Of a stretch of DNA of 25,854 nucleotides, positions 9,338 through 17,320 are shown one piece after another. The translations under genes were made by a program, and so were the position numbers. Under the pieces are notes generated by a model. The model was not told where the DNA came from and did no database searches. It worked only from the letters and a program-made list of their open reading frames with translations. Origin of the DNA: a virus. Lineage: Duplodnaviria; Caudoviricetes. Position 1 is the stretch's first letter; each line of letters opens with the position of its first letter. The stretch is taken from IMG/VR virus record IMGVR_UViG_3300020352_000032, positions 1 through 25,854 of that record. One strand, 5' to 3'.

Positions 9338-9984
9338 TGAGTATCCAACAAGCTTTATTTGCTCAAAATCAAGCACCGGGAGAGTGGCAAATTGTTGACT
9401 TCCACAGGTATAGCGCTGACGGGGCAACATTCACCTTAAACAACCTGCAGCAAAATGATCTTATTTTTGTGCATGTTGGTGCCGACACTGTAATTCCAGG
9501 CACCGTAAATGATAGTAATTTTACAACTCGTTCACAAGGAGGTATTAACAGTATTGGTTATATGATTAGCAGTTCAGTTTATAGTTCAGCGTCGTCAACG
9601 TTTTCTTTTACAATTTCAGGCACTCAACCAGATTACGGACTTGCCGTAGCTATTCGATCCCCAAATCGAACAGGGTCTTATGGCAATTTGGCCGTTAGGA
9701 CTTATGAATATGGGTATGGTACTCCTACGCACGCCAATGGAAGTGTCTTCGATGTGGCTGATTCTTTTCAACTCTTGTCAGCAATGGTAGATGACGACGA
9801 TGCTTCTCCTATGGGCAGTCCTACTGGCACCACTTTGATCGCTGAAGACGTAAATGCTTCCAGAGGGTCCATAGGACTTGCGTATCAGATCATCTCAACG
9901 GCAGGTACTTATTCGTGGGGTTCATGGACTACGACCGGCTCAGATAGCTATTTAACTGCAATTAGAAGCATAAGAGAAGTTTGA
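9337..9984 (+). CDS. Putative receptor-binding / adhesin tip protein
   Basis: TAATG overlap with the upstream gene; last gene of the fibre cluster; Ser/Thr/Gly/aromatic-rich beta composition. Confidence 0.55.
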   Translation: MSIQQALFAQNQAPGEWQIVDFHRYSADGATFTLNNLQQNDLIFVHVGADTVIPGTVNDSNFTTRSQGGINSIGYMISSSVYSSASSTFSFTISGTQPDYGLAVAIRSPNRTGSYGNLAVRTYEYGYGTPTHANGSVFDVADSFQLLSAMVDDDDASPMGSPTGTTLIAEDVNASRGSIGLAYQIISTAGTYSWGSWTTTGSDSYLTAIRSIREV

Positions 9985-9987
9985 TCT

Positions 9988-10122
9988 ATGGATCGCCACA
10001 CGTTTGAAAATTGGAAGCGCGTCAAAGAGGCTTTAGAAAACGCGGGTAAAACTGACTGCATGTTCTACAAGCGTACAGTGGCGCTTTTATCTGGTAGACA
10101 AGATCCTTTATACTTGAAGTAA
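9988..10122 (+). CDS. Small hypothetical protein of cyanophage type (44 aa, not in ORF track)
   Basis: MDRHTFENWKRVKEALENAGKTDCMFYKRTVALLSGRQDPLYLK fills the gap. The ENW..VK.ALE..GKTD.MFYKR pattern is one I recall from cyanophage small ORFs. Confidence 0.7.
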   Translation: MDRHTFENWKRVKEALENAGKTDCMFYKRTVALLSGRQDPLYLK

Positions 10123-10136
10123 CAAAGCTAGGACTC

Positions 10137-10409
10137 GTGATTGAAATTTACGCTGCGATCCTAGGCGCATCCCTAGGCATTGCCGGGATGAGCGTTTCTG
10201 GTTTTACTAGACGTACCAGCGAAAGTCGTGAAGCGGTTATTCGCCTCACGGCTGGCGTTGAATCTATTGCAACAAAGCTTGAAGATCTACATCAAGACAT
10301 GAAGGCAGAAAAAGTGCAGGCAACTGCTGACCGCCGCGAAATCTACGAACGTCTTAACGACCACGGAAACCGCATCACCGTTCTGGAGTACAAAAGCCCA
10401 CAAGGCTAG
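10137..10409 (+). CDS. Membrane-anchored coiled-coil protein (holin or lysis-accessory candidate)
   Basis: GTG start; N-terminal hydrophobic helix (IYAAILGASLGIAGMSV) followed by a heptad coiled coil; located upstream of the lysozyme. Confidence 0.6.
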   Translation: MIEIYAAILGASLGIAGMSVSGFTRRTSESREAVIRLTAGVESIATKLEDLHQDMKAEKVQATADRREIYERLNDHGNRITVLEYKSPQG

Positions 10410-10432
10410 TATTAGGCAAAGTCCTGAACACT

Positions 10433-10585
10433 ATGAACATCGAAGAAATCCTGGGCCACCCCGCTTTCTGGGTTGTCGTCGCTGCTGCATCCGAGCTAAT
10501 TGGCATGAGCAAGCTAAAAGACAACAGCGTCATCCAGTTTCTGTTCACTGCAATCCGCAGCATTAAACCCGGAAAAAAGGGCTGA
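10433..10585 (+). CDS. Holin-like small membrane protein (50 aa, not in ORF track)
   Basis: MNIEEILGHPAFWVVVAAASELIGMSKLKDNSVIQFLFTAIRSIKPGKKG: hydrophobic helix, amphipathic helix and basic C-tail. TAGTAT -10-like box at 10407-10412. Confidence 0.65.
   Translation: MNIEEILGHPAFWVVVAAASELIGMSKLKDNSVIQFLFTAIRSIKPGKKG
10573..10579 (+). other. Putative -1 ribosomal frameshift heptamer A_AAA_AAG
   Basis: Codons read GGA AAA AAG GGC TGA, so the heptamer is in the X_XXY_YYZ phase. The -1 frame is open from 10567 to 10818. Confidence 0.6.
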
Positions 10586-10818
10586 TACCACCTGACGGTC
10601 GCTGGATCGTTCTGTTTAGCACCCGTTCCTTGTGGAACAACATAGACAAAGCCATCCAGCGCCGTAAATTTTACGCAACGCTGCCCAAAAAACTAGACCA
10701 AGCTGAAGAGGACTGGCACGCAACCCAGCCTGCCGCAGTACCACCTCCGCAGCGCCTTTACGACCTGCACCTTCGCGCACCATGGCATGAGCCCAAACAC
10801 CCCGGTCCACCTGAATGA
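10573..10818 (+). CDS. -1 frame extension of the holin-like ORF (track ORF 10630..10818)
   Basis: Bounded upstream by TAA 10564-10566 and contains no in-frame ATG. Reads KKGLIPPDGRWIVLFSTRSLWNNIDKAIQRRKFYATLPKKLDQAEEDW... Confidence 0.55.
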   Translation, partial: KKGLIPPDGRWIVLFSTRSLWNNIDKAIQRRKFYATLPKKLDQAEEDWHATQPAAVPPPQRLYDLHLRAPWHEPKHPGPPE

Positions 10819-11413
10819 TCTATTCCGCTACTACCGGAAACTGCCGCATCAGAGTGCTGCGCTAGTAGAGCTAGAAGCCGCAATTCTAAGTGTGCAGCCA
10901 GACATCCTTAACCGCGACCAGCCCTGGTACGGGACATGGATTTCAGCTGTAAACGACAAAAGTTACGGCGCCGCGGCGGAGCTTATAAAAGAATTTGAAG
11001 GTTGTCATTTAACTTCATATTTGTGCCCTGCTGGCGTACCAACGATCGGCTACGGGAACACCCGGTATCCCGAAGGCCAAAACGTAAGGCTGGGCGAAAA
11101 AATTAGCCAACAAAGGGCAGAAGAAATGCTGAACTTAGAAATACAACGCACCGCAGACATTCTTGAAACCGACATACCATTTTGGAAAAGCATGAGTTCC
11201 AACCAAAAGTCAGCTCTAATCAGCTTTGCCTTCAACGTTGGAGCGTACTTCTACGGCTTGCCAGGTTTTAGCACAATTAGCCGCGTACTAAAAAACCACG
11301 AATGGAACCAAGTACCTGATGCTTTATTACTTTATCGAAACCCTGGTTCGCACTTTGAGGAAGGACTACGGCGCCGCCGAATAGAAGAAGGCCGCATTTG
11401 GTCAACGCCGTAA
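10787..11413 (+). CDS. Endolysin, GH24 (phage lysozyme) family, with ~60-aa N-terminal extension
   Basis: 'LIKEFEGCHLTSYLCPAGVPTIGYG' (E-x8-C-x5-T catalytic pattern), 'ALISFAFNVG', 'GLRRRRIEE'. Confidence 0.92.
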   Translation: MSPNTPVHLNDLFRYYRKLPHQSAALVELEAAILSVQPDILNRDQPWYGTWISAVNDKSYGAAAELIKEFEGCHLTSYLCPAGVPTIGYGNTRYPEGQNVRLGEKISQQRAEEMLNLEIQRTADILETDIPFWKSMSSNQKSALISFAFNVGAYFYGLPGFSTISRVLKNHEWNQVPDALLLYRNPGSHFEEGLRRRRIEEGRIWSTP

Positions 11414-11475
11414 TTTTCCCGGCGTTACCATATAGACAGCTGCAAGTCGAATAGGTTGTTGCAGTCTATTGTGCG

Positions 11476-11790
11476 GTGGTAGTGGACCACCAGATCGACG
11501 GGACCGAATTAGTTCCCCGAAAGAAAGCCAAGGTGCGCTTTCGCGATCATATTCTGAAGCACTGGGACTATTGTTGCGCTTACTGTGCAGAGCCGCTAAA
11601 AAAGAACGCGACATTAGACCACGTAAAGCCAAAAGCTTTAGGGGGTCAAACCGAACGAACAAATTTGGTGGCATGTTGCGCTAAGTGCAACGGGAGTAAA
11701 AGCGCAACACAATGGCGTGAATGGTACAAGGATCAGCCGTTTTGGTCAGCGGAACGGGAAGCAGACATATCCGAATGGATCGAGGACTGA
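11476..11790 (+). CDS. HNH endonuclease
   Basis: CAYC...TLDHVKP...GG....NLVACCAKCN..K; GTG start at 11476 or 11482. Confidence 0.9.
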   Translation: MVVDHQIDGTELVPRKKAKVRFRDHILKHWDYCCAYCAEPLKKNATLDHVKPKALGGQTERTNLVACCAKCNGSKSATQWREWYKDQPFWSAEREADISEWIED

Positions 11791-11903
11791 AGCACTTTTG
11801 CGATAGTCTTTGCTTTTTGTTCGTTAGTCGTTTCGACGCATAAACCACCACCGGGCGTGCAGACTACAAACCACTGTTCAGGTGACGCCCGAATCTTGAC
11901 CAT
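11733..11903 (-). CDS. Hypothetical protein (56 aa, not in ORF track)
   Basis: MVKIRASPEQWFVVCTPGGGLCVETTNEQKAKTIAKVLQSSIHSDMSASRSADQNG; fills the gap at the end of the minus-strand block and overlaps the HNH 3' end. Confidence 0.45.
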   Translation of the reverse strand: MVKIRASPEQWFVVCTPGGGLCVETTNEQKAKTIAKVLQSSIHSDMSASRSADQNG

Positions 11904-12114
11904 ACCCTGGTCCGTTAGACGAGTTGCGGTATATGTGTTCTAACTGGTTTACCACTGGATTACTATCGCCGATGGGCATTCCATCAAAAGGATCGTTAGC
12001 GATAAAAAGCAACGGACCATCCATCTCTTTAACGGCGAGCATACCAATGCGCGGGCTACGCACCAGTACGTGCAGAGCGATGCGCTCAAACCAGTTTAAA
12101 AAGATGACTTTCAT
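11878..12114 (-). CDS. Hypothetical protein
   Basis: ATGA overlap with the thyX stop; same strand as the operon. Confidence 0.65.
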   Translation of the reverse strand: MKVIFLNWFERIALHVLVRSPRIGMLAVKEMDGPLLFIANDPFDGMPIGDSNPVVNQLEHIYRNSSNGPGYGQDSGVT

Positions 12115-12749
12115 AGGTTCAGTGTAGGAAAAACGGCTTCACACACCGTTGGAAAGCACTTTTTAAACACAGCTGCACATTGGAACGCAATTTGCCTGTG
12201 CTCCAGCTGTGTATCGTTATCAGCCCGCAACTGGATGTAATGCACCCAAGACCTCAAAGTCCCCTGCATGTAAAGGGTGGTAGGGGTACAGAGTGGCAGG
12301 ATACGTCTAGCCGTCTCCTTGGCAACGCCCCGTTCCAATAGGGTGTCATAAAACAGAAAGGCATCAGCAATGACGCGACCAGCACCTGCTTGGAAGTCTT
12401 CCTGATGTTTTGGGTGTAGGTCACTAATACTGTTCTGGCGATTTTTAGTGTCTTGGCGTCTGAAGTAGGGTATCTCAGCGGGCTGTGTCTTGCTGTATCG
12501 AGTAGAGAACTCCTGGAACGAAAAGGACCGGTGCCGCAATATCTGAGCGGCGATGTCTCTTTCAGTATCAATTTGAACGCACATATTGGCCATTTCAAAG
12601 GGTGACCAATGCTTGTGCTTAACGAGGTATCTAAGCAGCCCTGGTCCGGTTTCCCAATTGTCTTCGTTGGACGGGTTACTAACACGTGCCATGCGCACGA
12701 TCAGCTTTTCAGCGTCTGGGGTTGCCCAGACCAATTCAACATTGCTCAT
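12111..12749 (-). CDS. thyX: FAD-dependent thymidylate synthase
   Basis: 'ARVS', 'HWSPFE', signature RHRSFSFQEFSTRY (RHR-x7-S), 'KETARRILP', 'TQLEHR'. Confidence 0.96.
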   Translation of the reverse strand: MSNVELVWATPDAEKLIVRMARVSNPSNEDNWETGPGLLRYLVKHKHWSPFEMANMCVQIDTERDIAAQILRHRSFSFQEFSTRYSKTQPAEIPYFRRQDTKNRQNSISDLHPKHQEDFQAGAGRVIADAFLFYDTLLERGVAKETARRILPLCTPTTLYMQGTLRSWVHYIQLRADNDTQLEHRQIAFQCAAVFKKCFPTVCEAVFPTLNL

Positions 12750-12970
12750 GAATAAAGCGCAGAAATCAAACGTTGCACCACACTTTTTTTAGCGTGGTAG
12801 TGCCTAGCGCAATCGACGTGGTTTTTGTCCACCGGAATCTCTATCGAATACAAAAACGTAGAACAGACCGTACATTTTCTAACCCGTGTCTTCGCCACTT
12901 CGTGTGAGTTACGAGTGCTGATCATTTTTAAGACGCCGCTACCTGAGGCACCGCAATTAGGACACTCCAT
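12746..12970 (-). CDS. NrdR N-terminal-like zinc-ribbon protein
   Basis: MECPNCG...STR......RVRKCTVC....SIE; no ATP-cone. Start placed at 12970 by TAATG overlap with the sigma stop. Confidence 0.7.
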   Translation of the reverse strand: MECPNCGASGSGVLKMISTRNSHEVAKTRVRKCTVCSTFLYSIEIPVDKNHVDCARHYHAKKSVVQRLISALYS

Positions 12971-13830
12971 TACAGCGGCCCACAAGTACCAAGTTTTGCC
13001 AGCACATGAAGTTTTCTTAAGGCCCTATGGTACCTTTGCCTTACACGTTCTCTAGACATACCCAGGTCTTGTGAAACCTTTATGTAGGTCTGTGGTTCAC
13101 CACCATCAAAAGCAAAAACACGTTCCACGATGGTACGGTCCACGGGGTTTAGAGTCATCAATAGCCTGTCCACGGTGTCACTACAGAAAAGGTTGTCAAG
13201 CTTTTCCATAGGATGCTCACCATCAGTAATAAGCTCAACCAGGGTATGTTCTTGAGAATCCAGCCCGGTTCTAGGCTTATCCAAGCTAAGGCAGTCCTCA
13301 CTACGTTCCAAGTACTCCCGCAATCGCTTAGGGGTTGTAGCACAGTATTCTGCGCTTTCTTCTAGGGTGGGGCGTCTGCCATGTGACAACTCAAACTGTG
13401 GTGCCCACTGACGCAGCTTTGCCAGTATTTCCCCCGCATGGGACGGAATACGAATCATCCGGTCGTGATAGCTCAAATAACGGCTAATGGACTGCCTAAT
13501 CCACCAATAGACGTATGTGGACAAGGCGTAGCCACGCTCTGGGTCGAACTTTTTAATACCGTGAGCAAGTCCGATGTTACCTTCCTGCACAATGTCAAAC
13601 ATTTCTGTGCGCCTGGAACGTAATGTGTAACGTTTTGCAATAGATACAACAAGCCTCAGGTTGCAGTTGATGAGCTTTTGGTAGGCCCGCTTACCTGTTT
13701 TAATTTCTTTTGGGATGGGACTTTCAGATGTAACCCAAACCTGTACCTGCCGGGCCAGCAGTATTTCCTGCTCTTTGCTTAAGAGCGGATACCGAACAAT
13801 GTCCTTCAGATATTCACTAAAGCCGTCCAT
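12970..13830 (-). CDS. RNA polymerase sigma-70 factor, RpoD-like (cyanobacterial group 1/2 type)
   Basis: Region 1.2 (YLKDIVRYPLLSKEQE), region 2 (NLRLVVSIAKRY, DIVQEGNIGL, KFDPERGY, STYVYWWIRQ), region 3 (GRRPTLEE), region 4 (LGMSRERVRQ). Start placed at 13830 by TGATG overlap. Confidence 0.95.
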   Translation of the reverse strand: MDGFSEYLKDIVRYPLLSKEQEILLARQVQVWVTSESPIPKEIKTGKRAYQKLINCNLRLVVSIAKRYTLRSRRTEMFDIVQEGNIGLAHGIKKFDPERGYALSTYVYWWIRQSISRYLSYHDRMIRIPSHAGEILAKLRQWAPQFELSHGRRPTLEESAEYCATTPKRLREYLERSEDCLSLDKPRTGLDSQEHTLVELITDGEHPMEKLDNLFCSDTVDRLLMTLNPVDRTIVERVFAFDGGEPQTYIKVSQDLGMSRERVRQRYHRALRKLHVLAKLGTCGPL

Positions 13831-14042
13831 CAGTAAGAAACTTCCACAATGCTTGGTACGCAACCCATGCTGTCTTCGAGGCTACGTGCCACCTGAAAGG
13901 CTTTTTCAATAGTCACATAAGAGCAGGCATCTTCTGCTTTATCTGTCAAGCGGATACCGTTGTTTTTAGGGAAGTTCGCATAATAAGCTGCAAGGTACAA
14001 AGTTTGCGTTCCGTGTGTTGTTCTAAGTGCGTACCGAGTCAT
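13830..14042 (-). CDS. Hypothetical protein
   Basis: Coupled to the sigma start. ATG 14042 lies 26 nt downstream of TGTGCTACTCT. Confidence 0.65.
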   Translation of the reverse strand: MTRYALRTTHGTQTLYLAAYYANFPKNNGIRLTDKAEDACSYVTIEKAFQVARSLEDSMGCVPSIVEVSY

Positions 14043-14067
14043 GGGCTGGTAAGTAGTAGGCCCAGGA

Positions 14068-14078
14068 AGAGTAGCACA
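14068..14078 (-). promoter_or_regulatory. Extended -10 promoter TGTGCTACTCT
   Basis: TGn-TAnnnT; near-identical to sites at 17840-17850 (-) and 21827-21837 (+). Confidence 0.55.
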
Positions 14079-14090
14079 GTACAAAGACTT

Positions 14091-14357
14091 TTACTCGCTA
14101 CCTTCAGGAGCTTTACGTGACTTAATACGACCTTCCACTCGTTTGCGAACAGAAGCCCGCCAAGCAGCTTCATCCTTAGCAACTGCCTCGTTATAAATTG
14201 CAGCAGGGTATTCCCGTTCCAATGCTTTATAGACCGCGGTACGAATCCAGGCGGTGGGACGTGTGCTAGCCTTTTCAGCTAGGTCAAACAGCAATTTCGC
14301 CCTATGTGGGTCAAGAAGGATTTGCATATATGTTTTATTTCCGTGCCGAATCGCCAT
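14091..14357 (-). CDS. Putative ribbon-helix-helix DNA-binding protein
   Basis: 'KTYMQILLDPHRAKLLFDLAEKASTRPTAWIRTAVYKALE' has a strand-helix-helix CopG/Arc-like pattern. Confidence 0.55.
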   Translation of the reverse strand: MAIRHGNKTYMQILLDPHRAKLLFDLAEKASTRPTAWIRTAVYKALEREYPAAIYNEAVAKDEAAWRASVRKRVEGRIKSRKAPEGSE

Positions 14358-14380
14358 CAAGTAGTAGCCCATTAAATTTT

Positions 14381-14389
14381 AGTCTAGCA
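14381..14389 (-). promoter_or_regulatory. Extended -10 promoter TGCTAGACT
   Basis: TAGACT 24 nt upstream of ATG 14357; same hexamer and spacing as at 1666 and 2995. Confidence 0.5.
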
Positions 14390-14394
14390 TTGTG

Positions 14395-14601
14395 CTACCA
14401 AAGAAGCGCATTATCAACATGCTTACGCCAGCCAGTCTGCTGATCTTTACGAGCTTTTGTGCGTTGTTTACGACAGCCCCGCCTTATTTCCCTAGCACCT
14501 TCAAGGAAATTGGCTGCGCGGAGCAAATCTGCAGTACTGGCACGCGCTATCTCGTACTGCAAGAACTTCATGACTATCTGCCGCCCTGTCTCCGGTGGCA
14601 T
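14395..14601 (-). CDS. Hypothetical basic protein
   Basis: Helical, Arg/Lys-rich ORF on the operon strand. Start uncertain (14610, 14601 or 14571). Confidence 0.55.
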   Translation of the reverse strand: MPPETGRQIVMKFLQYEIARASTADLLRAANFLEGAREIRRGCRKQRTKARKDQQTGWRKHVDNALLW

Positions 14602-14698
14602 AAGCAGCATCCATCACTTCCGCAAGACTACGGTAACAACCTGTTTCCTGAGGGGTACGGAAGGACCATCCGTTGAGCGTTCGATAGATGCTGACCAT
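14501..14698 (-). CDS. Hypothetical protein
   Basis: ATG 13 nt after the polymerase stop; overlaps the next ORF by ~100 nt. Confidence 0.45.
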   Translation of the reverse strand: MVSIYRTLNGWSFRTPQETGCYRSLAEVMDAAYATGDRAADSHEVLAVRDSACQYCRFAPRSQFP

Positions 14699-14711
14699 GC
14701 TGCGCTACTTG

Positions 14712-16649
14712 TTAATGGATCTCAGACCAACGCTTTCCTATAGAGGGTTCAGCTAAAGGCGGAATGTCTCCCAACCACTTAGCTTCGGCGCTTTCCATTA
14801 CTTGTTTTAGCTGGTCCGCCCACTGCTGCGCCTTATCTTCACGAACTAGTAAGAGAATTTCATCGTGGATACAGCCCGCGATTTTTACCTCCTGTTCACC
14901 AGCTTTTAAAAGCTTTGGCCACAGGTTTCCTAGAGCGCATTTAAGGATGGCTGCACCAGCACCTTGGATTGGAGTGTTGCACCTAACCGTCAGGCGGTTC
15001 ATGTCACCTGGCAGAAAACGCCGCATGTCAGAGCCTGGGATACGAATTTCGGCCCACCGATTACTTGCTGTCTTTGATGCGTCTGCAGCATTCTGGTTTT
15101 GCCACTGCTTCACACCTGCATAAGTGTCCAACCATTGGTTACGAATTGTTGCAGCAGCCTCAACCGTCATGGTGACACCAGAGCTAGCGGCGTAATTCCT
15201 CAAGCCTTTAGCGCCTGACCCATACAGCAAACCAAAGTTTGCGCTTTTTGCGATCTGGCGGGAGCAACCAATGGCCTTAGCGGTAACCGTATGAAGGTCT
15301 TCACCAGCCTGGAACGCCTTGGTCATCTTTTCATCCTGCGCCACTGCCGCAGCGAGTCGCAGTTCCATCTGACCAAAATCCGCATCCACAAGCATCCAAC
15401 CATCAGGAGCCTCAACACATTGCCGAAACTCTGTATCACGGGGAATCTGCTGGTTGTTGGGTTTGATGCAGGACATACGGCCTGATTCCGCTCCAAGCTG
15501 GAGGTAGCTGGCACGTACAAAACCATCTGGGTCCATTTTTTCAAGGATCCCTTCAGCCATTTGACGACGCTTTTCACTTTTCTTCCACGCCAAATAGGTC
15601 TGTATGACATGGTGGTCCGCAGCGTAGTCCTGAAGTGCTGCCCTACTAGCACTAGGCTTACCCGTTTTATTGTCCTTTGGCACTGTCCCTAGAAGTGCTG
15701 TGAACTTTTCTAACAATTGCTTGGGACTATTTAAGTTAAAACCTGCTTCTAGCTTGGTCCCACGGCGAGCATCACCCGTAGCTTTTGGCCTGAGGTTAAA
15801 CGCTTTCGGCGTTGTTTCAATCTGTTCAATTTCCGCATACCACTTTTCGTAGTCTGAGTCGTCGTGCCCCATTTGCGTGACAAGGTCTCGAAGCTTTGAA
15901 AGTCTTTGAGTATTTGCTGCTTCTCTGGGGATCTTGTGTTCTGCCGGAAGCGCATTATCAAGTTCCCGTAGAAAGTCTCTACTGAGCGCATCAATGTCGT
16001 GTTGGTAATCATTACAAAGCTGCTCAAGACTGGTACGGTTCCAAGGAAGCCCGGTACGCCACATCTGGGCCATAGCGGGAAGTATTCTGCACTCTAATGT
16101 ATAAGCTACAGACAGCCTTGCGTTTTGTATTACCGATGTAAGTGGGTAGTCAAGCTGCATCAGCACCTCAACATCTTTAGCGGCATAGACCAACTGGTCT
16201 CGGTTTAAGACTGGGGCGCTCCAATCAGACCGCTGTTGTTCCTTGTCGAGTTCAATGCCTAGGACACGTTTGGCTACATGAGCCAGTCCGTGCCTGAGGT
16301 TAGGCGTTCCATTGTGGTGGAGCTTACTGGCAAGCATAGTGCAGCCAATCAGGCCACGCACATAGATGCCATGTTCTTGAAGCCAGCCAAGGTCAAACAC
16401 TGCGTTATGAGCTAACCAGTACCGCTCACCATTGGTAAAGAACAGGCGGAGCTTTTGCCAGCCATCCGTGTCTAGTTCAAAGCAGTCAATGATGACGATG
16501 GTTTTACTAACTTCGCAGCCCAGCTGGATCAAGCGAAGTTTGCCTATTTCAGGCTGTAGCTGGAGCGTTTCAGTATCGAAGGCGATAGAAATTGATGTCG
16601 AGATCCTGTGCAGGTGCTCGACACCAAAAAACAAGTTGTAGTCAGACAT
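14712..16649 (-). CDS. polA: DNA polymerase family A (3'-5' exonuclease plus polymerase, no 5'-3' exonuclease)
   Basis: ExoI DTET, ExoII HNAVFD, ExoIII YAAKD; GRMSC..PNNQQIPR; motif A DADFGQMELR; motif B RQIAKSANFGLLYG; motif C IHDE. Confidence 0.96.
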   Translation of the reverse strand: MSDYNLFFGVEHLHRISTSISIAFDTETLQLQPEIGKLRLIQLGCEVSKTIVIIDCFELDTDGWQKLRLFFTNGERYWLAHNAVFDLGWLQEHGIYVRGLIGCTMLASKLHHNGTPNLRHGLAHVAKRVLGIELDKEQQRSDWSAPVLNRDQLVYAAKDVEVLMQLDYPLTSVIQNARLSVAYTLECRILPAMAQMWRTGLPWNRTSLEQLCNDYQHDIDALSRDFLRELDNALPAEHKIPREAANTQRLSKLRDLVTQMGHDDSDYEKWYAEIEQIETTPKAFNLRPKATGDARRGTKLEAGFNLNSPKQLLEKFTALLGTVPKDNKTGKPSASRAALQDYAADHHVIQTYLAWKKSEKRRQMAEGILEKMDPDGFVRASYLQLGAESGRMSCIKPNNQQIPRDTEFRQCVEAPDGWMLVDADFGQMELRLAAAVAQDEKMTKAFQAGEDLHTVTAKAIGCSRQIAKSANFGLLYGSGAKGLRNYAASSGVTMTVEAAATIRNQWLDTYAGVKQWQNQNAADASKTASNRWAEIRIPGSDMRRFLPGDMNRLTVRCNTPIQGAGAAILKCALGNLWPKLLKAGEQEVKIAGCIHDEILLLVREDKAQQWADQLKQVMESAEAKWLGDIPPLAEPSIGKRWSEIH

Positions 16650-16658
16650 GGGTGGTCT

Positions 16659-17081
16659 TCAAAGAAGTGTGTATTCAGGAAGTGGGCCTGTCCATTCGGA
16701 CTCGTGTTGGCCTTCGGGACTGTACCAGCCGGTGTCATCTAAACGCCAGCCAGCTGTGCAACGCTTAAGGGCCTTGTAGTTTTCCCAGACAGGCTCTTCA
16801 GGGAAAGGATTGCCGTAGTCGTGTTCCCAGTCGTGCTCACTAATGCCGGTGGGCGTGTACCAGCCACCTTCGTCACCTTCCCAGCCCTCTGCGCTACGCA
16901 TTTTCCAAAGCTTCTCTTGGTCGGCCATAGCGCGATCAACTTGAGCAGCGTTTACAGCATAGTTATCGAACCAGGCAGCAACCCGAAGGTTGTAATCTGC
17001 GGCATCATTTTGTAAGTAGCTTGGAACGTTCTTGAGTTTTACGCTTGCAAAGGTGCTGGTGTCAAATGGGTGTGTAGACAT
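16659..17081 (-). CDS. Hypothetical Trp/acidic-rich protein with an internal duplication
   Basis: GWEGDEGGWYTPTGISEHDW and GWRLDDTGWYSPEGQHESEW. Confidence 0.7.
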   Translation of the reverse strand: MSTHPFDTSTFASVKLKNVPSYLQNDAADYNLRVAAWFDNYAVNAAQVDRAMADQEKLWKMRSAEGWEGDEGGWYTPTGISEHDWEHDYGNPFPEEPVWENYKALKRCTAGWRLDDTGWYSPEGQHESEWTGPLPEYTLL

Positions 17082-17083
17082 GA

Positions 17084-17320
17084 TTAAAGAGGAAAGGTTT
17101 CGTAAGAGGTTTGCAGGAGGTTTTTGATGATTACCTCGAGCTCTGCAACCCTATCATTGGAGTCAAGGTCGCAGATAATTGGGACTTCAGCTGTAAACCA
17201 TTTGTAACCACAGGCTGGGCATTTACGGCCCCGCACAATACTGCTTTCAAAACGAGGCTTGGTTTGGGTAACCCACCGATCACCTTTTTGCGGTGACCGG
17301 TTGCAGTCTGGACAATTCAT
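17084..17320 (-). CDS. NrdR N-terminal-like zinc-ribbon protein (second copy)
   Basis: MNCPDC...VTQT......IVRGRKCPACGYKWFTAE. Confidence 0.7.
   Translation of the reverse strand: MNCPDCNRSPQKGDRWVTQTKPRFESSIVRGRKCPACGYKWFTAEVPIICDLDSNDRVAELEVIIKNLLQTSYETFPL

Noticed and set aside
15720-15960. Intein or intron in the polymerase
   Set aside because: No C/S...HN splice motifs, too short, and the frame is uninterrupted.
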